DNA of 64,000 bases from positions 82,894,001-82,958,000 of the forward strand of contig OX597818.1 in NCBI GenBank assembly GCA_951406725.2, in the 5' to 3' direction. Below are positions 10,985-26,462 of this stretch, piece by piece. This stretch comes from Octopus vulgaris. Taxonomy: Eukaryota. The stretch's first letter is position 1; each line of letters starts with the position of its first letter. The translations under genes and the position numbers were made by a program. The notes beneath the pieces were generated by a model that saw only the letters and a list, made by a program, of their open reading frames with translations, searched no databases and was not told the origin of the DNA.

Positions 10985-11899
10985 AACAACGCTTTGGTCG
11001 TCCCGGGGACATACACTCGCCCAAGATATCCCAGATGTAGGAACGAACCTAAGACCACATTGTTAGGAATTTTCTGACTCATACACCTACGCCTGTTTCC
11101 TATAGATTGTGTACAATCATTAATAAGAAATAATTATAAGCGTAAAGTGATTATATCCGTTGAATATAACGTCACAGAATGATGGATTTCGTAAATTATA
11201 TTTCATATCAGTTAGTTATTTCATATTCATCACGCTATACACAATCCCAAACATAAGGGTACTTGTACAGGCTTGTAATTAATTTTTCTTAATCTATAGT
11301 AATAAGATATAATTATTACAAGCTTAATTAAAAGAATCGTGCTTTATCAAATAATATTTCGAGAGATTCGCAGGTGCAGGCATCAAGAATTTTCTAAATT
11401 AATTGTTCTTTGTTGCTCCAATGTCGTATTGTCTAAGAAAACAAATAAAAATACTTGTGTCTTTCATATTTTATTAACCGTCCGTCACACACTAACCACT
11501 ATGCTAACCCTTTCCACTTCTAATATTTCAACAGCAGAATGCCTATAGTAGATCAATGAGCCGTTTAAACATGTTTTGCCAACGGTATCCCGGCAATAGT
11601 TGACATGCATTTTTCAAAAAGAACGTTAACTTTGTTGATCATGTCGTTTCCAGAATACTCACGAAATCCATAAGGAGGGCTGTCTCGACAGTACAAAGAC
11701 ATTAAAATATATCATCCGACCTAGTATTCTCAGGAAAAGAGGAATCATGTAGATTAATAGATTTTGGAGCAAGGCCAACGATTTCGGGGAAGAGGGTAAT
11801 TCAAATACATCGACCCCGCCAGTGCTCAGTTACTACATATTTTATCGATCCGAAAGTGTCATAAAGCATATCGGTCTCCCTAAATTAGGGCACACTCTC

Positions 11900-12122
11900 T
11901 CTTTTACTCTTTTACTTGTTTCAGAAATTTGACTGTGCACATGCTGGAGCACCGCCTTTAGTCGAGCAAATCGACCCCAGGAACCTATTCTTTGTTAGCC
12001 TAGTACTTATTCTATCGCGCTCTTTTGGCGTACCGCTAAGTTACGGAGATGTAAACACACCAACATCGGTTGTCAAGCGATGTTGGGGGGACAAACACAG
12101 ACAAACAAACATATATATACAT

Positions 12123-12216
<94 letters not shown>

Positions 12217-12355
12217 GACGGGTTTCTTTCATTTTCCGTCCACGAAATTCACTCACAAGGCTTTGGTCGGCTGAGGCTATAGTACAAGACAGTTGCCCAA
12301 GGTGCCACGAAATGGGATTGAACCCGGAACCATGTGGTTGCTAAGCAAGCTACTA
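11900..12355 (-). mobile_element. SINE family B with internal (CA)n(TA)n
   Basis: Reverse-complement match to 31885-32348. Confidence 0.9.
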
Positions 12356-13371
12356 CGTAAAAAAAAACTTTGGTATATTACTTGCATGAATTAAAAATTT
12401 AGAAGATAATTCGGACTTGAATATATGAAGCGTTATATCTAAGCATACAATGAGCAAATAAATAATTTAGAAGTTAAGTTGCTCCCCAATGAGGAGGTCA
12501 TGGATCACATTTCGCTGGATTTTTATATAGCCGCGTTCCAGCTTAAATCATGTGACTAAAATTGAGCTTGATGGAATCCGAGCTGACATTCCCAAGGGTT
12601 GGATGGTAATCTGTGATTCACATGAACAGGATGTCAACGTGTGCTAGGCAGATTCTGACTGGGCACTATATCAAGGGTACACGGGTGGAATATTCAGTTA
12701 TACATTCATTCAGTAAGCTAAGTAGATTGATTTGTCAATCACGTGAATATTGTAATTCTTACCCAGATTCATATATATATATATACATATATATATGTAT
12801 GCATGTAAGTATATGCGTATGTATGTATGTATGTATGTATGTATGCATGTATTAATGTGTACATATATATATACACACACACATATGTATATATATATAT
12901 ATATGAGAGTATGTATGTATGAATGTGAGTACCGGGGAGTGGGAAAGAGTAATTAATTGATTGCTTGTTCGATTCATACCCGCACAGATATTGAAAATTG
13001 GAAATGCAGAGATGTTTTGATATGTAATCGTCTAAATAAATAACTAAATAAATAAATAGGTTGAGAGAGAAAGAGAAAGAACGATATTCATTAAGATATG
13101 AAGATGTACATGCATTATTGTAATGCATGTATATAGGTCATTAGGTAGATCGACATAATTCTCGGATGTATATATATATATATAAACATGTGTGTTTATG
13201 CGTATGTAAGTATGTATATATGTATGTATGATGTATGTATATGAAGTGAGAAAATAAAAGACAATATGACAGTGAGAGAGTAGGTGACAAATTGAAGGTA
13301 CATGTCTATGTGTATACACACACACATAGACACACATATATAAAAAAAAATAATAGTAATAATAATATATA

Positions 13372-13491
13372 AGCGCAGAGTGGCTGAGTGCTAAGAATCT
13401 TGCTTCTCATCATGGTTTCGGGTTCAGTCCCTTTGCTTGCTACTTTGGGAAAGTGTCTTCTACTGTAGCCTCGAAACGAGTGAAGACTGTC

Positions 13492-13549
<58 letters not shown>

Positions 13550-13768
13550 GTAGTTATTTATGTGAGTTGGTCTCCCACCATTACATTTCAACCGATGTTG
13601 TTGTGTTACCGTCTCCATAACGTAGCACTTCGGCCAAAGAGACGGATAAAGTAAGTACTAGGCTTGCAAAGAATAAATCCTGGCGTCGATTTGTTCGACA
13701 AAATGTGGTGCTCCAGCATGGCAGCAGTCTAATGACTCAAACAAGTAAAAGAGTAAAAGAATAAAAGA
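13372..13768 (+). mobile_element. SINE family B
   Basis: Head GCGCAGAGTGGCTGAGTG, internal (TA)n and tail AAGTAAAAGAGTAAAAGA. Confidence 0.85.
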
Positions 13769-13818
13769 ATATATATATATATATATGCGTGTATATATAT
13801 ATATATATATATATATGC

Positions 13819-13854
<36 letters not shown>

Positions 13855-14342
13855 GACGTTTATAAGCGTGTATGCTTTTGCAAATGTAAATGTTACAACA
13901 TAATACAATGACGATCTACACCGCAATTCCTCTCGTCACTGTTGTTAAGAAAGAACTTGCAGTCAAGTGAGAAACATTAGTAAAATTCGCCTCAACATCA
14001 CATAAGATTCAATAATTCTGAATTCATTACATTAATGTGGAATTCCATTTGAAATTAGAAGTTGATTCCGGTATTTGGGACAATAAGATTTTAAAATCCT
14101 CTTATCAAAACTATACTTTAGAAATACGCAGATCAATATATTCTTCTCTTTCTTTAATATTTTAATCTTTTGATTGAATTCATGTTATATTTTATGTTAT
14201 AAAATGAATAAAGGAAAAATATAAATGTATTATTGATGCTATCGGTACGATGTTAGTTGATATAGTTGTTTAAGATATATTTTCCTTAATTCATGCTAAT
14301 GCATGTATATAAAACTTCCTTGTATGTATATATACATACATA

Positions 14343-14397
<55 letters not shown>

Positions 14398-14672
14398 ACA
14401 TATATATACACATACACATATACCTATATATAGCATCATACAAATATGCATATATGAGTATGTATCTGTAAATACATAAGCGCATATATGCCTATGTGGG
14501 TATTATTCATATATTTTGTTTGTATTATAGTTTATAATATCTTATCCCACTTTTGCTATGTGTAGTATGCGTACGTTTTGCATTTGCTTACATTTCACAA
14601 AGAAAGATTCTCAATAAATACTTCTAAATAAACAAAAACATACACTCACATGCAAGCCCACATATATGTGTA

Positions 14673-14838
<166 letters not shown>

Positions 14839-15005
14839 CAAATTCAGTATATGCAGAAAACACTGACTTGCACTTAAATGCTAAATATACGAAAATAGAT
14901 ATTCAACTGCAATCCGCTCTCTAATCTCAAGGAGATATGCATTGGTTTAAAAAATACAACTATGTGCTTGCTTCTGCGTATATTCCCATATGTAGACGTA
15001 AATAA

Positions 15006-15050
<45 letters not shown>

Positions 15051-15106
15051 ACACATAACACAAACACACACACACATATATACATGCACACGCACACCAC
15101 ATACAC

Positions 15107-15156
<50 letters not shown>

Positions 15157-15453
15157 CATGCTTTGTAAGTTGTTTATAGCTATTATAGCTTCCATCAAAT
15201 TTAGTCATTCAGATTTCACGTTCCAAATTGTATTTGCAAATATATGCTCGTGCAAAAGATACACGCACGCACAAATACACATATACTTATATTAAGAAAT
15301 CCGAATACTCAATATTAGTATGTATATATATATATGTATATATATATATGCATGCATATGCATATACATATATACATATATACATATATATACATATGTA
15401 TACATATGTATACATACATATATACATATATATATATAAGCATTTATATATAC

Positions 15454-15505
<52 letters not shown>

Positions 15506-16044
15506 CTATATATATATATATGTTGATATACATGCGTATATATATCTAAATATGTACAGAAGAAGGGGATTATGAGACCGACGATTGGACAGCAGGTATG
15601 CAAGAATATTTAAATAATCGTGGAGCAAATCTAAGCTCAAATCTTTATATGAAACGTCAAATGTTCAGTACTATGAATTGAACGCTGAGACGAAAAGGAA
15701 AAGAAAATCTGTAGAGAAACGTTTCGGGTGATGCCTTTATCAAAGATGAGTGAAATAAGCAAGGCAAAAGAAACGTGATAGGAATCAATAACTATTTAAA
15801 GAACGTGTGTTCCATGCGGCTGAATATAACAGAATTTACAAATATTAAAATTAGACGGAAAATTTTGGAGTTTGTACAAATTTATGCTTTGAGTTCTATA
15901 CTCGCGTTTATGGTAAAATGTTATAAAAATATTGATATTTTAAGGAACATGTTTATCACTGTTTAGTCAAATAAACATATTAAGAGTTTGGTTAAAATGT
16001 AATAGTTATTACTGAGCATTTTTGTGTGTCAATAGAAAGAATAT

Positions 16045-16205
16045 AGGGGCGTGTATCTGGCAGAATGCTTAGAAGCATTTCATCTGTCTTTACGTTATGA
16101 GTTTAAATTTCACTGCTTAATGAAATAAGTACCAATTGAGCACTGGCGTCGATGTAATCATCTTAAGCCCTCCTTCAATCTTGCAGGCTTTGAACCAAAC
16201 TTTGA
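16045..16205 (+). mobile_element. Degenerate, internally deleted SINE family A
   Basis: CTGGCAGAAT...GTCTTTACGTTATGAGTTTAAATT...AAGTACCAATTGAGCACTGGCGTCGAT. Confidence 0.65.
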
Positions 16206-16314
16206 AATGAATATGTAACAACTACTATTGAATATTATTGTAAACACATAACCGTTATAACTAGATATCATTGTGCGTTATTGAGCGTCAACAATAGTAA
16301 GTATATACGAGGAA

Positions 16315-16414
16315 TGACTCTGACGAAAGTAACATGAAGTTTTAAATCGTTCAATATTTCTCTACTGATCAGCGGAACAAAACTACAATGATTACTGAAA
16401 ACAGCTGTAAGTCA
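16315..16414 (+). ncRNA. Type I hammerhead ribozyme motif with long stem II
   Basis: TGACT-CTGACGA-(A)AGTAA...TTACT-GAAA-ACAGCTGT-A-AGTCA: 5 bp stem I, palindromic stem III, GUA triplet; followed by TATTTATAGCG and (TA)n. Confidence 0.7.
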
Positions 16415-16466
16415 AATCTTCTGCAATGAAGAAAGAAGTGTAATTTGGATTATTTATAGCGTGTCT

Positions 16467-17010
<544 letters not shown>

Positions 17011-18202
17011 CAATATATATGTATATATATACGAAACAGTTACTACTGAGTATTACTGAGTACTACTGAATGTCGACACATGACAGTTATTAAGTATTAT
17101 TTATTATTGCCGAGTTTCAATATATAACAGAATTGAGTATTGTTGAGTATTCCTGATTATAATTTACTGTCTATATATTAGACTAGATCGTTCTTTGAAA
17201 AATATTAAATAAATAATGCTAGAAATTGTTCAAATAAAGTATGTAGGAAAATGTATAGCCTCTCATAAAGCCAGATTATAGGATTACATGGAAACTTTAG
17301 CCTTATATACGATGTGAAAAAACCGATTCGTAACGAATTAATGAACTTCGAAATATCACAAGATTACATTAGATTATCTAACATACCGAAAACAAATATT
17401 TTGCGAATTGTGTTATCGCATTGAATAGTTCTGAATATGCAATAAAAAAACATCATTTAGCTATCATAGAAAGCTCCTCGACCAGACCTGTCTAGCAAAT
17501 TTGAAGCATGTGTGTAACTTCGATGATTTGGAGATTTGATGAGCTAGCTTTCTTTATCTGCATTAGGTTGTAAAGATACGATTGTATTGAATAATGCGTA
17601 GCATGAATATTAAAGTAGATATGTAAATATAGTTTATTATACGCTGAAATTATTATTACATGATGAAAGCTACGAAGTGGATTTAATCCTAAGGATAACA
17701 ACTGGCTAAACAAATATATTTATCTCTCATGCTTGTGCAAACCTCATTTGAAAAAAAAAAAACAAAACTAAAAAAGACACTTGAAAGCACGGTACTGGAA
17801 GTTACTTTGCCAAAGTCTTAAATTTCCGCTAAATTTCAAAACAGCAAATTGACGGAGAACGAAAATAATTATCAAAGCAAATCACCTCCACCTGGTTGAA
17901 AGCAAATTTAATCTTGAATGAATACTAACTTCGCTAAATAAGAAATGTGACTGTGTAACTTTATTGAAAAATTACACAATCCTCTTGTTCACACATCCTT
18001 GTATGTACTCTGCAGCATATTTTCATAAAATATTAATTTATTTGCAACCGAATTCTTATTTTCCTAATTTTATTCTCTTCTACTTCTAGATTGTTTTACA
18101 AGATTTATTGCAGGCAATTTGTAACATAAAAAAATGACCTGCTATTGTGGCATACAATTTCGCTTCTCAACTATTTTAGTCGATTTTAGTAGACTTAAAG
18201 CA

Positions 18203-18367
<165 letters not shown>

Positions 18368-18730
18368 CTCTGAGCGCTGAGTGCTGAGAGAGCAGGCATG
18401 GTCGTATAATAATCATAATCAGATAATTTGTTTAGATGACATATCAGTGTTATGGAGAAGAAGATTTGAACGGCACTCGTCGATCTCAGAACTTAGACGT
18501 ACTTATAGACATATTTATTAGTTTATTACGTTTTAATACATGACTATGCACTGTGCATAATTTCACACCCTCAATGTAGTTTGTATACGTGCATGTATGA
18601 GATATAGCTATACACTCATGTACGCATACATGTGTATATACACAAAGACACCATATATAAAATATATTCAGATATATAGATATACATGAATGGTCATAAA
18701 TATACGCTGTGACACACACACACTCACACA

Positions 18731-19562
18731 AGCTGCTCGCAGTAGATTTCCTTTGTTATCGTTTGGTTTGGGTTTAAAAGTTCAAAGTGGACTAAACCTT
18801 TCTTATCCCACCAATAAACTAACAACACCTTCGTGGGTGAAGATCCTTTTTAGCCTGGGCTGCAGGCACTTCTACTTTCCCTACTCATTGTCTTTGACGC
18901 ATGTCATTTTTATAGAAATCTATTTCCGTACTAGTCACTAGTTGGTCCAAAAACATGTTCATTTGTGAGACGTGACAGCAAAGAATAGCACCCATTCACT
19001 ACCTGCTCATGATTAAACTCTGAAAGTTTGTGAGGAGCCCATGGACCTGATTTACTAACTTTTTCAATGGCATACAGGCAGGTGTCGATGAATGGTTGAA
19101 TAACCAAAACCAAGCTTCTTTTCTAGTTCCTCAACAGTTACGATGGGATTTTGTTCCACCAGAGTTTGCAAGACGTCCTCGTCAAGCACTACAGATCATC
19201 TAGGGCATAGCTCATCTTCTAGGCTGTATTTTCCGATTCGGAGTTTCTACAACTACCGTTGACACTGGCTTACACTTATTGTCCGATCCCCATATACTAC
19301 ATTAACATTCCTCGCACTTCCCGTTGCGTTGTTATCTTTATTGAACTCATAAAGCAATATATGCCGAATATGCATTATAGCTTTGAAAATATAACTGTTA
19401 AACTTGAACTGCGCTCTTCAAAACATGCAGTAAGAATAAGTACAGAGGTAAATTCGTACCTGCTTTTAGAGCAAGTTGATACAGGTAGTTTATACCGTAC
19501 CCAACCGACCTTTAATTCATGCATTTGGAAAAAAAACGCATTATTTATGGGATGACCCAATA
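18731..19562 (-). mobile_element. 3'-truncated mariner element, same family as 39906-41164
   Basis: TIR TATTGGGTCATCCCATAAATAATGCG at the right end; minus strand encodes HIRHILLYEFNK and is collinear with 39906-40745. Confidence 0.85.
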
Positions 19563-22059
19563 AGTGCTATTGATCTTTTCAAATAATACCACTTGTTTAT
19601 TTGTTTATCATGGTAGTTGATGATCGGGACACCTATTTCTACCTTAACTGTTCCTATCTTAAAATTTTACCTGTGTGTGTGTGGGTGTGTATGTGTGTGT
19701 GTGTGTGTGTGTGTGGTGTAGTCTCTCTCGTGATTTACGGCAGATGAAGTTTCTGCAGCCTAGTATCTTTACTCTAATCTTGAAAATTGCATTATAGAAG
19801 GGAAATCAACCTTAAACCATAGCAGTAAACATGATGTGCTTCACGTCTCCAGATCAAGACTATAAATTGTAACATGTCCGTCTGAAGAATTGTTTTCATT
19901 CCAAAATCTCCCGGCCTATCTATTTGATAATCCAAGAATAAAATGTTATAGGTTTATGATGCCACCTGTACTTTGCTTATTATTCTGAAAAATTAGTAAA
20001 ATGTAGTTCATTCTATGAATATATTTCGAGAAAAGTTCTGTTACTTTTTCTTTTATCGTTCTGAAGTTGTTGGTACAACATTTCCAATTAAACATTAATT
20101 GCATAATTGTGAATCGCAATTAAATCACGTGGATCTATACAAGAAACATCGTGTGATTTTCAATATCTTTGTTTTTCAAATTGTACTTAGCAAGTAATAT
20201 AGTTCATTAACCAACCGAATGAGCCGGCAAATTGTTTTATAGTAGCATTGTAAGCGATGCACTTACAAATGGACTGATGAATCAAGGAATCCGACGCAAT
20301 GCTTCCGCAATTTCATTTATCACCTTTTTGGTTTATTTCATACATATTTTTTTGAAGGATTTTATTGTTCAACAGCCAAATTATTTTTATTGTACAAGGG
20401 TTTGTTGATTAATTGTAGATTTATTGACTTTTATATCCTTCCGTTGTGTAGTTTGTATAGCAGGTTGTGTTTTATGATTAACGAAAGGAATCGTTTCACT
20501 TACACAAGTTATGATATATTTCATGAACGCTAGATACAAGCAGATCGTATTTTTCTCCCTCGCTGGGGATTAGTTTTCGTGTTGGGGAGGAGTACTACTT
20601 ATGTTGTATAACGTTTTATATTTGAAATAGCCTCGGGCGAGTATCTGAACTTGTTTTTCCCAAACGCTGTGCAAAGGTGATCTAGTTTAGGTTAAAATGC
20701 CTTTAAGTTTCTTTAGTGCTGTATTTGGTTAATAGTATTTGATAGATTGATAGATGGGTGGAATGTGGTTGCATATACAGAGGAATATGAGTGCATATCC
20801 AGAAGTTATAAAAGACGACTACACATGGAGCAAATGTCAATTAAGATGTTACAGTATTTTTATATTATTTGAAGGTAAATATATGATTTAACATACACAT
20901 GTATATTAGAAACCATATCATATTTTATATATGTGATTGCATATACAGAGGTTCATTACTATAGCATAAATCAAATGTAGGATAAGAACTTATATGTATT
21001 AGATCAAAGGTAAATAAATCACTTAACATACATATTACAAATCATATAACTCAATATACGCCATAGAGGATGCGCTATTTAATAAACGCTATCTGCAGTA
21101 AGAAACCTATTGACAACGTGTATACATTAAGTATGATACATAAATGGCTATTTTAAATGAAGCAAGGATTGTAAGTATGACGGGCTGGGGTAAAGAAATT
21201 TTGGATTTGAATTAAATAATGGCTACCATATCGTGATCATAAGGCATATTTTGCTTTTTGCTTTCAGTTGTAGATTTGACATCACTGGACATCAACTTAT
21301 TCGGTGTGTAATGGAAGATATTCCCGTATGTAACAAAGTTAAATCTCTTTTATTTTCTCGAACTGTTTTCTAGTCTTAATGTTTCCTCAAATGTTTTGTC
21401 GTATTAATTGGGCCTTTCATCTCTGTTTTTTTTTTTATTTGTGTAAACCTGGGTGATCTATTCGAATAAGTCTTTTGTTTTACCTCTGTTAATTACTTCG
21501 GTTTTCAGTGTTGGAATTCGCGTAATTACAAGATGAATTTTCTGATGAGATTATTTTGCTTATATTTTTAACGACCCCTCTTCGTTATGTTTCGTATTTC
21601 CGGCTCAAAAAGCATGACTTACCGGTCAGTATCCTTGTCCATAGCTTGATACATCTTAACAGCATCAGATAAATTTTCACCAAATAAATTATTTCTAAAT
21701 TATCTGTTTTTGTGGAAATTCAAACAATTTCACATCTTAATTATCTCATCCATGTATTGACTCCCCGAAATGTCTTATTTCTTTGCCATAGAACTGTAAT
21801 TATTTTGTATTTCTTCAGAAGGATCTCAAGGAAGCTGGTTTATGTAAAACTTAGCAGAATAGTGAATTGAACCTGAACGATACGAGACTTTCTAACTTAT
21901 ATGCAACAGAAAAAGGAATAAATATTCTCTTTGACAATGGAAAGATACAAATGGTAATATTGATATATGTAACAAGAAAATATGGTGTTACAGGAATTGT
22001 TTGTGATGATTTTTGTATATAAAACAACACATTAGTGTGAAAAATGTCAATCTGACCAT

Positions 22060-23395
22060 TAATCAAGTATAGAGGAAGGAAACAAATGTTCCTACAGAAA
22101 ATAAAGAGTTGTAATTATCACAATTCAAGAAGAGAGATTACAGTATACAGCGACTGGATTTTTTCAATAACAAAGTTGTCCTCTGATATAAACCAAATCG
22201 GTATCCCATTACTGAATAAACCAAACGTCTGATTTCAATTGGAACTGATAAGTGTGTCAAGGCCTCTTTCAAGAAATGGAACTTGATAAACACAAATTCG
22301 GTCGAGTTAGGTGTTGAAACTATCATAAAAGTACTTGAGCAGGAACAGACACATAAATACCTAGGAATAAATGACATTCAGCATTCAATTATGAAAGAGA
22401 AGATCAGTCAGGAATATTATAGGGTCCTAGTTTTGAAATCTGAGCTAAATGCACATGATGTGTTAGCCATAAATTTCATAGTATTTCCAGTCGTGACTTC
22501 TAGCTTCAGTGTGTTGAACTGCAACATCATTGAAATGAAAAAAAATTGATAAACAAATTTCATAAGCTGCTGACTTGTAATAAGATGCAACACCCAGAGG
22601 TACAAATAGACCGTCTTTACTTTCGCAGAGCTCAAGAAGGTCGAGGCTTCATCCAGTTTCAACTTACAAAACCCTACAAGTGGTTTGGCCAAATGTCTTG
22701 ATGCTAAGCCTCGTTGAATATCAAGAGAAGCGTAAGAAGCTTCCTTGTATCTGTAAGGAGAGCCATATATTGGCCACTGATGTCATAAACGATGCCCAGA
22801 CCAAACAAACGGAGGGAAATATGACAACTGTTGTTGCAAAGAAAATGAAAATAATGACAAAAACCTGGAAGCAAACAAACAAAACAAAAACGCATGAACA
22901 ATTGGCTTGTAGGTGGGAGCAGAAACCTCTGCATGTCTAATATATGACTCGTAGCAATCAAGCTGATGTTGACCGGAAACACATCATCAGATTTTACGGA
23001 GCTCAGGGCGAAAGGATAAAGATTTTCAGACGGATCGTGTAATCGAACACCGTAAGCCAGATATTACCATATAGAATAAGAGAGACAAATACCGTCAGAT
23101 CATTAATGTACCATACCAAATGACATGAAAGTTGTGAGCAAAGAGGTTTAAAATAATCACCAATTATTCCGAATTAAAAGTGGAAATGGCAAGACTGTAT
23201 GGATTTCGAGAGGGTAATGTAAAAGTGATACTAGTGGTGATAGGAGCGTTGGGCTCAATCCCATTGAAAATTAAAACTTCTTATTGAGTACGACGCTCAT
23301 CTTAAGGAAAGTATTATCTATCTGAGATTCTTGTGATTTGACAAATGACTAAATACTCCGTTATATTTACCTACACTGTGTTACGAAGGAATAAA
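22060..23395 (+). mobile_element. Decayed R4/Dong-clade non-LTR retrotransposon (RT and restriction-like endonuclease remnants)
   Basis: HKYLGI, LKSELNA..AIN, DRLY..R..GRG, WEQKPLH, DRVIEHRKPDI, VVIGALG, ILRKVLSI*; ends in (TAA)n. Confidence 0.85.
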
Positions 23396-23402
23396 TAATA
23401 AC

Positions 23403-23461
<59 letters not shown>

Positions 23462-23487
23462 TAATAATAATAATAATAATAATAATG

Positions 23488-23522
<35 letters not shown>

Positions 23523-23582
23523 CATAATAATAATAATAATAATAATAATCATAATCATAATAATAATAATAATAATAATAAT
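23394..23582. repeat. (TAA)n microsatellite
   Basis: Read directly from the sequence. Confidence 0.95.
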
Positions 23583-25180
23583 CGTGGATAAACGAGGATG
23601 GTATACACCAGGAAGGAAAAAATAAGAAAGGAACATTACAGGAGAGTAAGACACATACTAAATACTAATACAACTCCAAATGTCGCAACGAATCCATTAA
23701 CACCCTGGCACTTCCTGTAGTCCAATACAGTTTTAACTTCATCAACTGGACTCTTACAGCGCTCCAACGCCAGGACAGGAAGACAAGAAAACTACTAACA
23801 TCTAAGAATATGCACTACCCAAAAGCAGACGTTAGTCGTCTATACATATCTAGAAGTAATGGTGGGAAGAGGAATGCTGGAGGTAGAACTGTGATATAAG
23901 ACCTCCACAATAGCAATGAGCAAGTATTTATCTAGTACAGAATATTGAATGCTGCGCTTGAATGCAAACAAGAAAACAGCAAAAAATCACATTAAGCCCG
24001 AATTAGATGAAGAACCTGAAACCACTGCTACTAAACTAGCAAAACCTGAAACCACTGCTACTAAACTAGCAAAGCCTGAAACCACTGCTACTAAACTAGC
24101 AAAACCTGAAACCACTGCTACTAAACTAGCAAAACCCGAAACCACTGCTACTAAACTAGCAAAACCTGAAACCACTGCTACTAAACTAGCAAAACCTGAA
24201 ACCACTACGGATTGAACAGATTGTAAAAATGAACGGGCAAAAACAAATTGAGGAGTGGTGGAGACAGAAGCCTTTGCATTGGCAATATATACTTCGAAGC
24301 CGAAATGCTGGTGTAGACCAAGCAACAACACATCAGTGACTGAGAAGCACAAGACTGCAAGCAGAGACTGGAAGTTTCATATCAGCGGCACATGATCAAA
24401 ATTTACTTACCAAAAACTTCCAGGCTAACATTCTTCAAAACAATTCTGATCCTAAATGCAGATTCTACGATACATTTGATGAAACAATAGACCATCTCGT
24501 CTCAGGATGTCTAGGGCTAACATGAAACGAATACAAAAATCGCCACGATATGGTAGGACAGTATTGACATTGGAAGATATCTAAACATTACAAAATCAGA
24601 GCTCCTGCTTACTGGTACGAACATTAACCTGAGCCAATCACGGAAGGTAAAAATGACGCTATCTTCTGAAATTGTCCAGTCAACACTGAGAGAACGATCC
24701 AGGCTAATCGACCAGACATAGTTATTGAAGACCCAGAAGAAAATACTTGTAGACTAATAGATGTTAGTGTTTCCACTGATAAAAATATATCTGTGAAGGA
24801 ATTTGACAAATTAAGTAAATATAAGGACTTGGAAATTGAAATACAAAAGACATGGCATCTTAAAGCCAGAACTGTTCCTGTTATTGAGGGTGCCCTAGGT
24901 TTGCTAAGAAAGGGATGTTAGAAATACCTAGATAATATCTCAGCTGGACCATGTCTCAAAGAAATCCAAAAGATTGTGCTGTGAGGTATTGCCCACATCC
25001 TTAGAAAATCCATATCAATTTAAACGTCTGTGTTATATTACATAAACATATTTCGCAACTGCCCCTGACATTCCCCTCCCTAAGCTTTCAGTCATAGTGT
25101 AACATATCTTAACCGTCACTCGCCCTAGGACTCTGGGTGTGTTCCAAAAAGTTATTGTAACTCACATACAGATTAAAAGT
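23583..25180 (+). mobile_element. 5'-truncated R4/Dong-clade LINE
   Basis: INTLALPVVQYSF, YPKADVSRLY, CRF..ETIDHLVSGC zinc motif, [27 protein letters not shown]; flanked by TAA repeats. Confidence 0.9.
24013..24207 (+). repeat. 30 bp tandem repeat, ~6.5 copies, inside the LINE
   Basis: Unit AACCTGAAACCACTGCTACTAAACTAGCAA (PETTATKLAK), nearly identical copies. Confidence 0.95.
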
Positions 25181-25712
25181 AAATAATAATAATAATGATA
25201 GTATTGATGACGATGATGATGATGATGATGATAACATTACTGCTGTGCAGATGATGATGATGCTGTCTAGTTTTGTCGGTAATCTTGCAATTTTAAGGTG
25301 AGGGAGCCATCGATACATGGTCCCAATATTTTACTGGTACAAATTTCCGTCACTCTCTGAATCTTTCTTTTCCTCTTTTTGTCCCCCCTCTCTGTTTGTT
25401 CCTCTGTTTGTCTGTCTGTGTCTCTCTGACACACACACACACACACACGAACACACTATAGGCAATGGCTTTGTCCACTGTTTTGATATAAAGACGTTCG
25501 CAATAATGCTGAGATCGATCCTAGAACCACAAAATATCGAAGCAACACAACAGACAATTATTACACACGCACATGCACACACAGACACACGCACTCACGC
25601 ACATATGTGAGCGCACACGGGTGTATTTATATATATATACGTACATATATATATAATATATACATGTATACATAATATATATGCATACATACATACATAC
25701 ATACATACATAC

Positions 25713-25758
<46 letters not shown>

Positions 25759-26399
25759 TAACCAATATATAGATTTCGTACATTTATGAACTGCTATATG
25801 TGTGCGGTGTTGTGTGAATGGAAGAAAAGGGGAAAACATAGTCATGGCATCTTAAGAAAACTTGTCCCACGTACATGCATATATGGATATAATGCTAGCG
25901 CCAGATATATACGTATGCACACACACACACACACATACATACTCACACTCATGCACACACACATACATACGCACGTAGCAGTGTGAGATTCCTATGTATG
26001 TAAATAAACATTCATAACAATACATACACTCATTAACATATATACTTACATACACACAAACACACGCACATACACACACACTTACGCACATATAGTTTAA
26101 AAGTCCAATATTGCCAAACATCAAGTGATGTTTTATTTTCATAACTTCATAACATTAATACAAACAAATAAAAAAAGGAAATTTTTTTCAACGGCAACTC
26201 TCTCTCACTGTATACGCACACATACACACACATATGTATGCGTGTATGCATACACATATTGTATATTTATCTACGTTTGTGCATATAAATACATATATAC
26301 GCACACATGTATGTATGGACAAATATAAACATACACACTCATACATACATAAATACAATCATATATATGTATATATATAAATGTATATATATATATGCA

Positions 26400-26462
<63 letters not shown>

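Noticed and set aside
15712-15748. Minus-strand TTGATAA-AGG..CC-GAAACGTT minimal hammerhead
   Set aside because: Two core changes and no convincing stem I; cannot be separated from chance by eye.
20270-21550. Isolated CTGATGA words (~20274, ~21542; also ~47261 and ~50799)
   Set aside because: No matching stems with GAAA and UH; C/D box-like or HHR-like heptamers are expected by chance.
24013-24207. 30 bp repeats as a CRISPR array
   Set aside because: Units are contiguous with no spacers, lie within a LINE ORF, and the DNA is eukaryotic.
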